In this document: positions 48,263 to 59,600 of the stretch, in pieces
Position numbering within the stretch: position 1 is the stretch's first letter
How the letters are laid out: each line of letters opens with the position of its first letter
Assembly: GCA_044229975.1 (NCBI GenBank)
Contig: JBGARZ010000004.1
Coordinates: 32,001 to 96,000, forward strand
Direction: 5' to 3'
DNA length: 64,000 nucleotides
DNA from: Polyangiales bacterium
GTDB taxonomy: Bacteria; Myxococcota_A; Polyangia; Polyangiales; Ga0077539
The notes under the pieces: generated by a model
The model's database searches: none
Told to the model about the DNA's origin: nothing
What the model saw: only the letters and a program-made list of their open reading frames with translations
Program-made: the position numbers and the translations under genes

Positions 48263-49498
48263 ATGAAGGCGCCCGCTCCTGCTCCGGTTCCCGTCTTCGC
48301 CGGGACGCACCCTGGTCCCTTCGGCGCTCCGCCCCCACCGCCACCGCGCAGCCGTCGACCCGCTCTCCTCGCTGGAACCATCGCGCTCGTCGCCCTCGTG
48401 GGCGGCGTCGCCGTCGTCCGTCATCGCGCCCGACCTGCTCCCCATGCGCGCCCTCCCGCCGTGCTTCGCGCGGTCGACCTCGCGGCGGGCGATGGGCACA
48501 CCTGCGCCCGCTTCGACGATGGGGCCGTTCGGTGCTGGGGCGCCAACAACCGCGGCCAGCTCGGGGCGCTCGCTCGGGCGCCGGGTGTCCCGGTGCGCGT
48601 CCCGCTGCCGTCGGGCGCCACGCACGTCGCGCTCGGCGAGGAGCACACCTGCGCCGCCCTCACCGACGGAACGGTTCGCTGCTGGGGTCGCGCCACCAGC
48701 GGGCAGCTCGGTCGCGGGGCCGATGTCGAGAGCTTCTCGCCCGTCACCGTCGACGGCGTCACGGGCGCCACCGAGCTCGCGCTGGGCATCTTCCACTCGT
48801 GCGCCCGCCTCGCCGACGGCACCGCGCGCTGCTGGGGAACCAACGTCCACGGTCAGCTCGGCGACGGCACGGCCGAAGCCCGCGAGACGCCCGTCGCCCC
48901 CATCGATCAGGCCGAGCTCACGCAGATGGCCGCGGGCGAGAGCGACACGTGCGCGGTGCGCGCGGACGGGACCGTTCACTGCTGGGGTCACAGCTACGGG
49001 ACGGGCCCCGGCGCGGGACCGCAGGAGGTGAGCGGGCTCACCGATGCGGCGCAGGTCTCGGTCGGCCACGGCGACACCTGCGCGCTGCGACGCGACGGAA
49101 CGCTCCGCTGCTGGAGCGCCGCCCGCTGTTGAGGCAGCGTCGATCGCGGCCAGTTTGGTCGCGGCACTGAGTTGATCGAAGCGCTCCGCGACGTGGTTCA
49201 GGTCGCGGTGGGGCGCTTTCACGCGTGCGCGCTGATTCGCGGTGGCGAGGTGCGGTGCTGGGGCGGCAACGCCTTCGGGCAGCTCGGCGACGGCACCACC
49301 ACCGACCGCCCGGCGCCCGCCGCCGTGGCGGGGTTGGGACCCGTGGCGCGCATCGCGGCGGGGTCGAAGCACACCTGCGTGGCCACGGTCGCGGGCGAGC
49401 TGCGGTGCTGGGGTTCGGACGCCGACGGGCAGCTCGGGGACGGCACCACCACGTCGCGCGGACGACCGGGGCCGGTGGTGTTCTCCGACCGGCGGTAG
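48263..49498 (+). pseudogene. RCC1/BLIP-II repeat membrane protein with a single in-frame nonsense codon
   Basis: HTCA...VRCWG.N..GQLG repeats; TGA at 49130-49132 in RC*G; the same frame continues to 49498. Confidence 0.85.
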
Positions 49499-49602
49499 CG
49501 CGCACACCCCTCAGGGTCGTCGATGCCGGACCGCGGGCGCGACGCGCGCGGAGCCTGCGCCGTGAACCCCGGCCCTCCGTCCGTGGGACGAATCGGTACG
49601 AG

Positions 49603-50622
49603 TCAGGGCGCGCCGAAGGCCGTGCGGGTGAGCCACGCCGTCTCGACGCGGTGCTCGGCGTCGAAGGAGCCGTAGTCGAGCGCGACGTTGGCGCGGGCCG
49701 GGTCGTGCGGTCGCGTGGTGATGGGCGCCATGTGCACGCACCACGTCGCGCCGCGGTTGCAGCCCGAGGCGCTCGCGTCGAGTCGCAGCGCGCCGCCCGC
49801 GCGGGCGTAGGTCGCACCCGCGGCGATCATCACGCCGGCGTTGGGTGAGCGCGTCGCGGTGGCGGCGTCTTCGGCCCACACGAACCACGCGTGACGGAGC
49901 TGCCCCACGATGGACGCGTTGAGCCCGTAGCTGCCGCCGTCGAGGTCCCAGTAGGAGAGGCGGTTGGCGGTGAGGTGCGACGGGTCGAGGCCGCGCTCGT
50001 AGAGCTGACCGAGGAGCTCGTGCGCCACGAAGGCCCCGCTGGAGTGCGCCGCCACGAGGATGCTCGCGCCCGTCGCGAGGCGCGGTAGCAGGTGGGCGAT
50101 GAGGCGCGAGTTGCCGATCTCCTGCGAGTCGTAGCCGGCCTCGCGCGGACCCTGCACGGCGTACACGTGGCGCACGCCGCGCTCGCGGAGGGCGTCGCGG
50201 TAGAGGCGCGTGACCCACGACTGAGCGCGCGTGGCGTCGACGCCGTAGCCCGCGTATCCGATGAAGACGTCGTGGCCGCGCGGGTTCTCGCTGTCGCGGT
50301 AGGCCACGCCGAGGCCCGGGGCGCTCCACGGGATCGCCTCGAAGTCGGGCTCTGTCACGACGACCACGTCGGCGGTGCCCGCGTCGGCGGTGCCCGCGTC
50401 GGGGGTGCCTGCGTCGGGTCTCCCGACATCCATCGCGAGCGCGACGTCTCTTCCGACATCGAGCTGGCTGGCGTCTGTTCTCGCGACGTCCGTGGCGTCC
50501 ATGACATCCCTGACGTCTTCGACATCGGTTGCGTCGGTCGGGACGGCCGCGACGCCGGGGTCGCCGCAGCCCGCCACGCACGCTGCGAGTCCGAGGCTCA
50601 GCCGGGTCGTCGTCGCGTTCAT
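49603..50622 (-). CDS. Lipoprotein with an alpha/beta-hydrolase-like domain
   Basis: Lipobox VAGC; LVAAHSSGAFVA nucleophile elbow. Confidence 0.75.
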   Translation of the reverse strand: MNATTTRLSLGLAACVAGCGDPGVAAVPTDATDVEDVRDVMDATDVARTDASQLDVGRDVALAMDVGRPDAGTPDAGTADAGTADVVVVTEPDFEAIPWSAPGLGVAYRDSENPRGHDVFIGYAGYGVDATRAQSWVTRLYRDALRERGVRHVYAVQGPREAGYDSQEIGNSRLIAHLLPRLATGASILVAAHSSGAFVAHELLGQLYERGLDPSHLTANRLSYWDLDGGSYGLNASIVGQLRHAWFVWAEDAATATRSPNAGVMIAAGATYARAGGALRLDASASGCNRGATWCVHMAPITTRPHDPARANVALDYGSFDAEHRVETAWLTRTAFGAP

Positions 50623-50658
50623 GCCCGACCGCGGGCGTATCACGCGGCCCCGCGCTCC

Positions 50659-51066
50659 CTACGCCTGCGCGCCGCCGAGGGCGTCGACGTCGAGCTCCCA
50701 CATCGCCGACAGCCAGTCGAGGAGGCCCGCTTCGGGCACCGTGATGGTCCCGGCGGTGGAGATGGTGAGCAGCGCTGCGAAGATGGCCTCCCGCGCTTCG
50801 GGGCGCGTGACGGTGGCGGCGGCGCGGCGGACGGACTCGTCGTCGGGGTGCTCCTCCGCGGAGCGGTCGAGGAGCGCGCGCAGCTCGCGGTCGTCGTCGG
50901 CGGCGGTGGTCTCCCCGACGGGCGTCATCGACGGACCAAGCAGCTCGCGTGACGCTTCCAGCACGAGCGCCTGCTCCTCCTGGGAGACGTGCCCGTCGAG
51001 GCGGACGAGCGTGCGGAGGAGGGCGGCGTAGGTGAGGCGTTCGTGGTGGGTCAGCGGCTCGTTCAT
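50659..51066 (-). CDS. TerB-like protein
   Basis: LVRLDGHVSQEEQ ... AGTITVPEAGLL. Confidence 0.75.
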   Translation of the reverse strand: MNEPLTHHERLTYAALLRTLVRLDGHVSQEEQALVLEASRELLGPSMTPVGETTAADDDRELRALLDRSAEEHPDDESVRRAAATVTRPEAREAIFAALLTISTAGTITVPEAGLLDWLSAMWELDVDALGGAQA

Positions 51067-51247
51067 GGGGCTCCATCTACGGTGCGCGAGGTCGGATGAG
51101 AAGCCCCCCAGCGGTCTCGCGACCCACCGATGGGCATCAGGTTTGCGGCGTGGCCAGGCCGAAGAAATCTGGTTCGCTCGGCGAAGGGAGGGTAGCGTGC
51201 CGCGGCTCCGCGGGGTCCATGCCCGCATTCACCGAAGGAATCTCTCG

Positions 51248-51898
51248 ATGCGTACGAATCTCATCCTTGGAACAGCACTTCTTATGGCGGGTCTCACGGT
51301 CGGTTGCAGCGACGACGCGATCGTCGGTGCCGACTCGGGCACCGACTCGGGCACCACGGTCGACACCGGGTCGAACACCGACACGGGCACCGCGACCGAC
51401 CGCGGCACCGCGACGGACACGGGCACCGACGCGGGCACCGCGACGGACACGGGTTCGACCGTCCTCGACGTGGGCGTCACGCTCCCCGACGTGCAGATCG
51501 TCCCCACGGACTCGGGCACCACGACCGACGCGGGCACCGCGACCGACGCGGGCGCCGCGGTCACGACGATCCACGGCTGCACCGCGGCGATGTACATGGA
51601 CCGCTCGGGTTCCGGCGACACGCGAACCATCGCCTTCGGCGGCATCATCGGCACCGTCTACTCCCCCCGGTGCATGACCGTCGCGGCCGGGCAGACCGTG
51701 ACCTTCGCGGGTCCGTTCGGCAGCCACCCCCTGCGGGGCGGTTCCGTCTCTGGCGATCCCGCGGGCGCGTCGCCCAACCCGATCACCAGCACCGACACCG
51801 GAACGGACGTGACGGTCACCTTCGCCACGCCGGGGCTCTACCCCTACTTCTGCAACTTCCATCAGCCGGGCATGGCCGGCGTGATCCAGGTCCGCTGA
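51248..51898 (+). CDS. Cupredoxin (plastocyanin-like) lipoprotein
   Basis: Lipobox TVGC; DTGT linker; SHPL and YFCNFHQPGMAG type-1 Cu ligands. Confidence 0.9.
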   Translation: MRTNLILGTALLMAGLTVGCSDDAIVGADSGTDSGTTVDTGSNTDTGTATDRGTATDTGTDAGTATDTGSTVLDVGVTLPDVQIVPTDSGTTTDAGTATDAGAAVTTIHGCTAAMYMDRSGSGDTRTIAFGGIIGTVYSPRCMTVAAGQTVTFAGPFGSHPLRGGSVSGDPAGASPNPITSTDTGTDVTVTFATPGLYPYFCNFHQPGMAGVIQVR

Positions 51899-51932
51899 TT
51901 GCTCCTCCCGCCTCCGTCTCCTTCCCCTCCCA

Positions 51933-53387
51933 CTACAACGGCTGACACAGCGAGATCATCGTCCCGTCGAGGGATGATCCGAGCGGCCGACACGTCATCC
52001 CGGTCGGGCACAGCCGGTCGTTGCAGAAGCGCGTGCAGTACGCGGGTGACCCGGGCGCCGAGCTCGTGCCCTGGCAGAGCCCTGTGACGCAGTCTGCGCC
52101 CATCGAGCACGAGCCGCCGATAGGCACCAGGCCCACCACTGATCGGCGACACACCAGATAGATGTCTGACTCGTCGACCCACGGTCGGCAGACAAAACCC
52201 GCTGGGCAGCCGCTCGTCGGCGTGCACCCCTGCACGCAGACGTTGACCTCGCCATCGCAGACGCCGCTGCGGCAGATGGGCTCGGTCGGCGAGCCGCACG
52301 ACTCACCGATCTCGTTGCTCCCGAGGATGTCTCCCCCGGTCGCGAAGAGGGGCGGCACGCAGACCCGCTCGCTCCCGACCGTCTGGCAGCGGTACGGCGG
52401 CAGCGTGACGACCCCGATGCCCGTGGCGTTGATGGTCATGCGGCGCGGGCAGTCGGTGTCCGAGATGCATCGCGAGGTGCAGCCCTGGAAGCCGCCGGTC
52501 ATGCCGACGCAGACGTTGGTCACGCAGTCGAGGCCGCGCGCGCACCGCTGCTCGGCGGCCATGCACACGCGGTGGGTGGCGTCGGCGAGCTGGCACCCGT
52601 AGCCCGCGGGGCAGTCGGCCCCCGAGCGGCATTCGCGGGTGCAGTGCGCGACGGCCAGGTTCTCGGGGTTGCCCACGCAGAAGCGCGCGCAGGGCACCGC
52701 CGTCGCGACGGTGCAGGGCGTGCCGGTGTCGTCGGGCACGCAGCGCGCGGCCTCGCCCGCGGGAGGGCTGTTGCACACGAAGCCGTCGGCGCAGTCGGAG
52801 GTGGAGACACAGCGGCGGGTGCAGAAGCGCGCGCCGCCCGAGGTGGTGAGGCACTCGCCCGAGAGGCAGTCGGCGTTGCTGGTGCACGAGTCGAACACCC
52901 CGCGCGTCCCCATCGTCGACCCCGTGTCCACGGTCGGGAACCCGACGTCCATCACGGGAAACCCGACATCCGTTGGAGGAAACCCCACGTCCGTCGTCGG
53001 GAACCCGACGTCCGTCGTGGGGAAGCCCATGTCCATCGGTGTCACCGGAACGTCCCTCACCACTGGCACGTCGACCCCGGTGTCGACCGTCGGAAAGCCC
53101 GCGTCCTCGACGGTCTCTCCGGCGTCCTTCTTCTTCCCGGCGTCGGGCTCCACGCCCGCGTCTGGGATGCGCATGCAGCGTCCGCGGTCGACGTTGCACA
53201 TGAACCCGTCCTCGCAGTCCCGCTCTTCGACGCAGTCGTAGCGGCACTGGTGGTCGGCGCCGCAGTACGTCCCGAGGTTGCACTGGGAGTTGAGCTCGCA
53301 CGCGCCCTCCGCGCAGCCCGACGCGAGCATCGACAACCCCGCCAGCGCCAACCACCCGAAGCCCGCTCCGCTCAACCGTGAACCCAT
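51933..53387 (-). CDS. Cys-rich repeat lipoprotein
   Basis: Lipobox ASGC; DVGFPTT 21-bp repeats; C-xx-DC-xSGxC...FCTRxC modules. Confidence 0.85.
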   Translation of the reverse strand: MGSRLSGAGFGWLALAGLSMLASGCAEGACELNSQCNLGTYCGADHQCRYDCVEERDCEDGFMCNVDRGRCMRIPDAGVEPDAGKKKDAGETVEDAGFPTVDTGVDVPVVRDVPVTPMDMGFPTTDVGFPTTDVGFPPTDVGFPVMDVGFPTVDTGSTMGTRGVFDSCTSNADCLSGECLTTSGGARFCTRRCVSTSDCADGFVCNSPPAGEAARCVPDDTGTPCTVATAVPCARFCVGNPENLAVAHCTRECRSGADCPAGYGCQLADATHRVCMAAEQRCARGLDCVTNVCVGMTGGFQGCTSRCISDTDCPRRMTINATGIGVVTLPPYRCQTVGSERVCVPPLFATGGDILGSNEIGESCGSPTEPICRSGVCDGEVNVCVQGCTPTSGCPAGFVCRPWVDESDIYLVCRRSVVGLVPIGGSCSMGADCVTGLCQGTSSAPGSPAYCTRFCNDRLCPTGMTCRPLGSSLDGTMISLCQPL

Positions 53388-53453
53388 CGCCGCGGAATGT
53401 AGACCGCGTTCGGGGTCGCAAGCGATGGGTCGTCGATGGTACGGTGCCCGACG

Positions 53454-54521
53454 ATGGAGCGACGTCGGGCCTGCGGCTTCTACGGGTCGATCGTGGCGCT
53501 GACATCGGTCATCGGGTGCGCGCACGGTCCGTCCAACCCGCGACCACCACCAACCGCCGAGGTCGCCATCGCGCACACCGTCATCGACGCAGGCGCGCCG
53601 GCTCCCATCGCTCCAGTGGCGGTCGTCGATGCGGGAGCCACGGAGGTCGTCGACGCGCCGAGCGCCGTGAGCGCGGCGCCGACGGATGGTGTGCGGCGCT
53701 TCCGCGGACAGGAGGAAGACGCGCTGTTGCAGGCGATGGCGACGCGGCCGGTGCTGCGGGTGATGCATCGCTTCAGCAGCACGACGCTGGTGTTCCACTG
53801 CGACCTGGGCGACGGGCTGGAGATCGCGTTCAAGCCGGCGCGTCGGGGTGAGCACCAGTGGTGGAAGCACGAGGTGCTCGCGTACCGGCTGGCGCGGGTG
53901 CTGGGCATCAGCGATCGGGTCCCGCCTGCGGTGAGCCGGCGGGTTCCGGTGTCGGCGCTGCGTGGGTTTCTCAACCACGCCGACCTCATCCGCGAGCCCG
54001 ACGGGACGGTGCGCGGCGTGGCCATCGTGTGGATGCCCGTGCTGCACCACTCGGGGCTGCACGAGGCCGCCGCGCGCGACGAGTGGACCCGCTGGATGTT
54101 CGCCCGCCACGACATTCCACCGGCCAGTCGACGGCGCGCGTCGCAGATCTCGGCGCTCATCGCCTACGACTACCTCCAGGCCAACTTCGACCGGTGGAAC
54201 TCCGCCAACGTCGCCCTCGACGAGCACGACGACATCGTCTTCCGCGACAACAACCGCGGCTGGTTTCTGGAGAACCTGGTGCAGATCGAGCGGGGTGGTC
54301 TCAACAACATCGAGCGCATCCCGGCGTGGCTGCTGCCGGGCATCGAGCGGGCGACGGCCGACGCGGTGCGGGCGGAGGTGCGCCGCGACGGATTGCCCTT
54401 CGCGCGGCTGGAGCGGTCGGATTACTGGGCGGCGTATTCGGCGCGGCGCGAGGCGCTGCTGACGCGCATCCGCGGGGCCATCGCGCAGTACGGTCGCGAG
54501 CGGGTGCTGTTGGACGAGTGA
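53454..54521 (+). CDS. Lipoprotein with a Fam20C/four-jointed-like atypical kinase domain
   Basis: Lipobox VIGC; AFKP, HEVLAYRLARVLG..RVPP, DYLQANFDR, FRDNNRG. Confidence 0.7.
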   Translation: MERRRACGFYGSIVALTSVIGCAHGPSNPRPPPTAEVAIAHTVIDAGAPAPIAPVAVVDAGATEVVDAPSAVSAAPTDGVRRFRGQEEDALLQAMATRPVLRVMHRFSSTTLVFHCDLGDGLEIAFKPARRGEHQWWKHEVLAYRLARVLGISDRVPPAVSRRVPVSALRGFLNHADLIREPDGTVRGVAIVWMPVLHHSGLHEAAARDEWTRWMFARHDIPPASRRRASQISALIAYDYLQANFDRWNSANVALDEHDDIVFRDNNRGWFLENLVQIERGGLNNIERIPAWLLPGIERATADAVRAEVRRDGLPFARLERSDYWAAYSARREALLTRIRGAIAQYGRERVLLDE

Positions 54522-54553
54522 CGGGGCGCTCGCCAGTGCCGTCGGCCGGGGTT

Positions 54554-54813
54554 CGCGTGCGCTGCTGGCCGGAGTTCGCGTGACCCCATCGCGAGGGCGT
54601 GCAGTCGCTCACTCCGGGCTATTTCAAGTCGTCACCCTCGCTCCGCGAGGGTTGCAGGGAGAGTATCTCGCCGACTCGATGGGCAATGGATTGCTCGATG
54701 AGTACAGTGCCGCAACCCTCGCGGAGCGAGGGTGACGACTTGAAATAGCCCGGAGTGAGCGACTGCACGCCCTCGCGATGGGGTCACGCGAACTCCGGCC
54801 AGCAGCGCACGCG
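54554..54813. repeat. 102-bp perfect inverted repeat with a 56-bp spacer (REPIN/MITE-like)
   Basis: 54554-54655 is the exact reverse complement of 54712-54813. Confidence 0.95.
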
Positions 54814-54879
54814 CCCCTGCGGCCTCTGCGCCGTCGCGCACTTCCGCCGACCTCGCGGTTGGGCTATGTGCCCCGCGCC

Positions 54880-56478
<1,599 letters not shown>

Positions 56479-56600
56479 CCGTCGCGCCCCACTGCCCAGG
56501 CGGCCACCGTAGGCCCGTGTAGGCATCACCTCCCCGCTCGAAACCACTGCCGCTCCCGCTTCGGCTGCGCGTATCGTCCCTCTCGAAGGGACCGTACTCC

Positions 56601-59600
56601 ATGCGCTCAACGAGGGCCTCGTTTCTATTGTGGGCCGCTGCTCTCGCAGCGCTGGTCGGCTGTGACGGACTGAGCGTCGTAGGAGCACCGCCGTCCCACG
56701 ACGCCGCGACCTCCGACGTGGTGTCCACCCTCGACGCCACCGCCGACGGCGGCGTGAGCTGTCCGCAGCCGCTCATCGCGTGCAGTGGGCGCTGCAGCAA
56801 CCCGCAGCTCGACCGCGAAAACTGCGGCGGCTGCGGGCTCACCTGCGCCACCGGTGAGGTCTGTCAAAACGCCGCGTGCGTGCCCGACTGCACCGCCGGT
56901 GAGCGGCTCTGCGCGGGCGGCGGCGGCGACGCCGGGACGGCCCTGCGCTGCACCTCGCTCCAGACCGATCGCATGAACTGCGGCACCTGCAACACCGTGT
57001 GCGGCACCGACCAGGTCTGCGCGGGCGGCATGTGCACGTTCATGTGCACGGGCGTCACCACCGAGTGCATGGGCGTCACGAGCATGGACGGCGGCGCGAC
57101 CCGCTACTGCGCCAACCTCGCGAACGACCGCGCCAACTGCGGCGCCTGCGGCAACACCTGCCAGGAGGGCTACGTCTGCCGGGAGGGCGCCTGCCACATC
57201 CGCTGCGCCTCGGAGCTGCTCACCGGCTGCGCCACCACGGGCGCGCCCGACGCGGGCCCCGGCGGCGGCAACGAGGTCTGCGCCGACACCACCAACGACC
57301 TCCGCCACTGCGGGGCCTGCGGCAACGCGTGCCCGTTCGGGCAGTTCTGCGTGCGGGGCGTCTGCGGGACGACCTGCGGCGCGGGCTTCACCGACTGCAT
57401 GGGCGTCTGCCGCGACCTCACCTCCGACCGCGCGGCCTGCGGCGCGTGCGGCAACGCCTGCGGCTCGGGCGAGGTGTGCACCGCCGGGGCGTGCACCGTG
57501 TCGTGCGGCGCGGGGCTCGTGGCCTGCGACGGCGTGTGCCGCGACACCCAGAGCGACAACGTCAACTGCGGCGCGTGCGGCACCCGCTGCGCGCCCGGCC
57601 AGGTGTGCTCGCGCGGCATGTGCCAGGTGAGCTGCGGCGCGGGCCTGAGCGAGTGCTCGGGCGTCTGCCGCGACCTCACCGCCGACCTCGCCCATTGCGG
57701 AACCTGCACCACCGCGTGCTCGTCCGGCCAGGTGTGCTCGTCGGGCGCGTGCCGCGTGTCGTGCGCCGCGGGCACCAACAACTGCGACGGCGTGTGCCGT
57801 GACCTCCAGACCGACAACGGCAACTGCGGCGCGTGCGGCACCACCTGCCCGTCGGGCACCGTGTGCTCGTCGGGCGCGTGTCAGGTGTCGTGCATCGCGG
57901 GCACCACCGACTGCGGCGGCGTGTGCCGCGATCTCCAGACCGACAACAACCACTGCGCGGCCTGCGGCGTGGCGTGCCCGTCCGGTCAGGTGTGCTCGCG
58001 CGGCGCCTGCGTGGTGTCATGCGGCTCGGGGCTCTCCAACTGCGCGGGCACCTGCCGCGACCTCGCCACGGACAACAACAACTGCGGCGGCTGCGCGACG
58101 GTGTGCCCGGCGGGCCAGCTCTGCTCCGCGGGCATGTGCCGCGTGTCGTGCGGCGCGGGCAACACCGAGTGCTCGGGCGTGTGCCGCGACCTCGGCAGCG
58201 ACAACAACAACTGCGGCACCTGCGGCAACGCGTGCCCGTCGGGGACGGTGTGCTCGCGCGGGACGTGCAACGTGTCGTGCGGCGCGGGGCTCTCCAACTG
58301 CGACGGCGTGTGCCGCGACCTTCGCACCGACCTCAACCACTGCGGCGGCTGCGGGACGGTGTGCGCCGGCGGCCAGGTGTGCTCGGCGGGCGTGTGCACC
58401 GTGTCGTGCGGCAGCGGGCTCACGAGCTGCTCGGGCGTGTGCCGCGACCTCACGGACGACCGCCAGAACTGCGGGGCGTGCGGCGTGGCGTGCGGCGCGG
58501 GCCAGATCTGCACGTCGGGCGTGTGCACCGTGTCGTGCCCCGCGGGCCAGGTGAACTGCTCGGGGACGTGCCGCGAGCTCGACACCGACCGCCTCAACTG
58601 CGGCGCGTGCGGGGTGGTCTGCGCGTCGGGCCAGGTGTGCTCGCGCGGGTCGTGCGCCGTGTCGTGCGCGGCGGGCACCACGAGCTGCTCGGGCGTGTGC
58701 CGCGACCTCCAGACCGACAACAACAATTGCGGCGTGTGCGGCATCGGCTGCGCCGCGGGCCGCATCTGCTCGGCGGGCGTGTGCACCGTGTCGTGCGGCG
58801 CCGGGACGACCAACTGCTCGGGCGTGTGCCGCGACCTCCAGACCGACAACGCCCACTGCGGCGCGTGCGGCCGCGGGTGCGCGTCGGGCCAGCTCTGCTC
58901 GCGCGGGGTCTGCCAGGTGTCGTGCGGCGCTGGCACCACCGACTGCTCGGGCGTGTGCCGCGACCTCACCACCGACCCCAACAACTGCGGCGCCTGCGGC
59001 ACGACGTGCCTGCCGGGGACGGTGTGCTCGTCGGGGACGTGCACGGTGTCGTGCGGCGCGGGGCTCACCAACTGCTCGGGCGTGTGCCGCGACCGCGGCA
59101 GCGACAACAACAACTGCGGAACCTGCGGCAACGTGTGCCCGGCGGGCTCGGTGTGCTCGGGCGGGGCGTGCGCCGTGACCTGCGTGGCGGGCACCACGAG
59201 CTGCTCGGGCGTGTGCCGCGACCTCACCACCGACCTCAACAACTGCGGAACCTGCGGGCGCGCCTGCGCCGCCGGTCAGGTGTGCTCGGCCGGGGCGTGC
59301 ACGGTGTCGTGCGGCGCCGGGACGGCCAACTGCTCGGGCGTGTGCCGCGAGCTCAGCACCGACCGCCTCAACTGCGGCGCGTGCGGCAACGCCTGCGGGT
59401 CGGGTCGCATCTGCGTGAGCGGCGTGTGTACGGTGTCGTGTCCGGCTGGTCAGGTGGACTGCTCGGGGACGTGCCGCGAGCTCGACACCGACCGCAGCAA
59501 CTGCGGCGCGTGCGGCATCACGTGCTCGGCGGGCCAGGTGTGCTCGCGCGGGACGTGCACCGTGTCGTGCGCGGGCGGAACGGTCGACTGCTCGGGCGTC

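Noticed and set aside
49130..49132. Selenocysteine or stop-codon recoding
   Set aside because: The repeat consensus requires Trp at this position, and TGA is used as a normal stop throughout the window.
54554..54813. Bona fide CRISPR array or tRNA
   Set aside because: Units are inverted rather than direct, only two good copies exist, no cas genes are in the window, and no cloverleaf or T-loop is visible.
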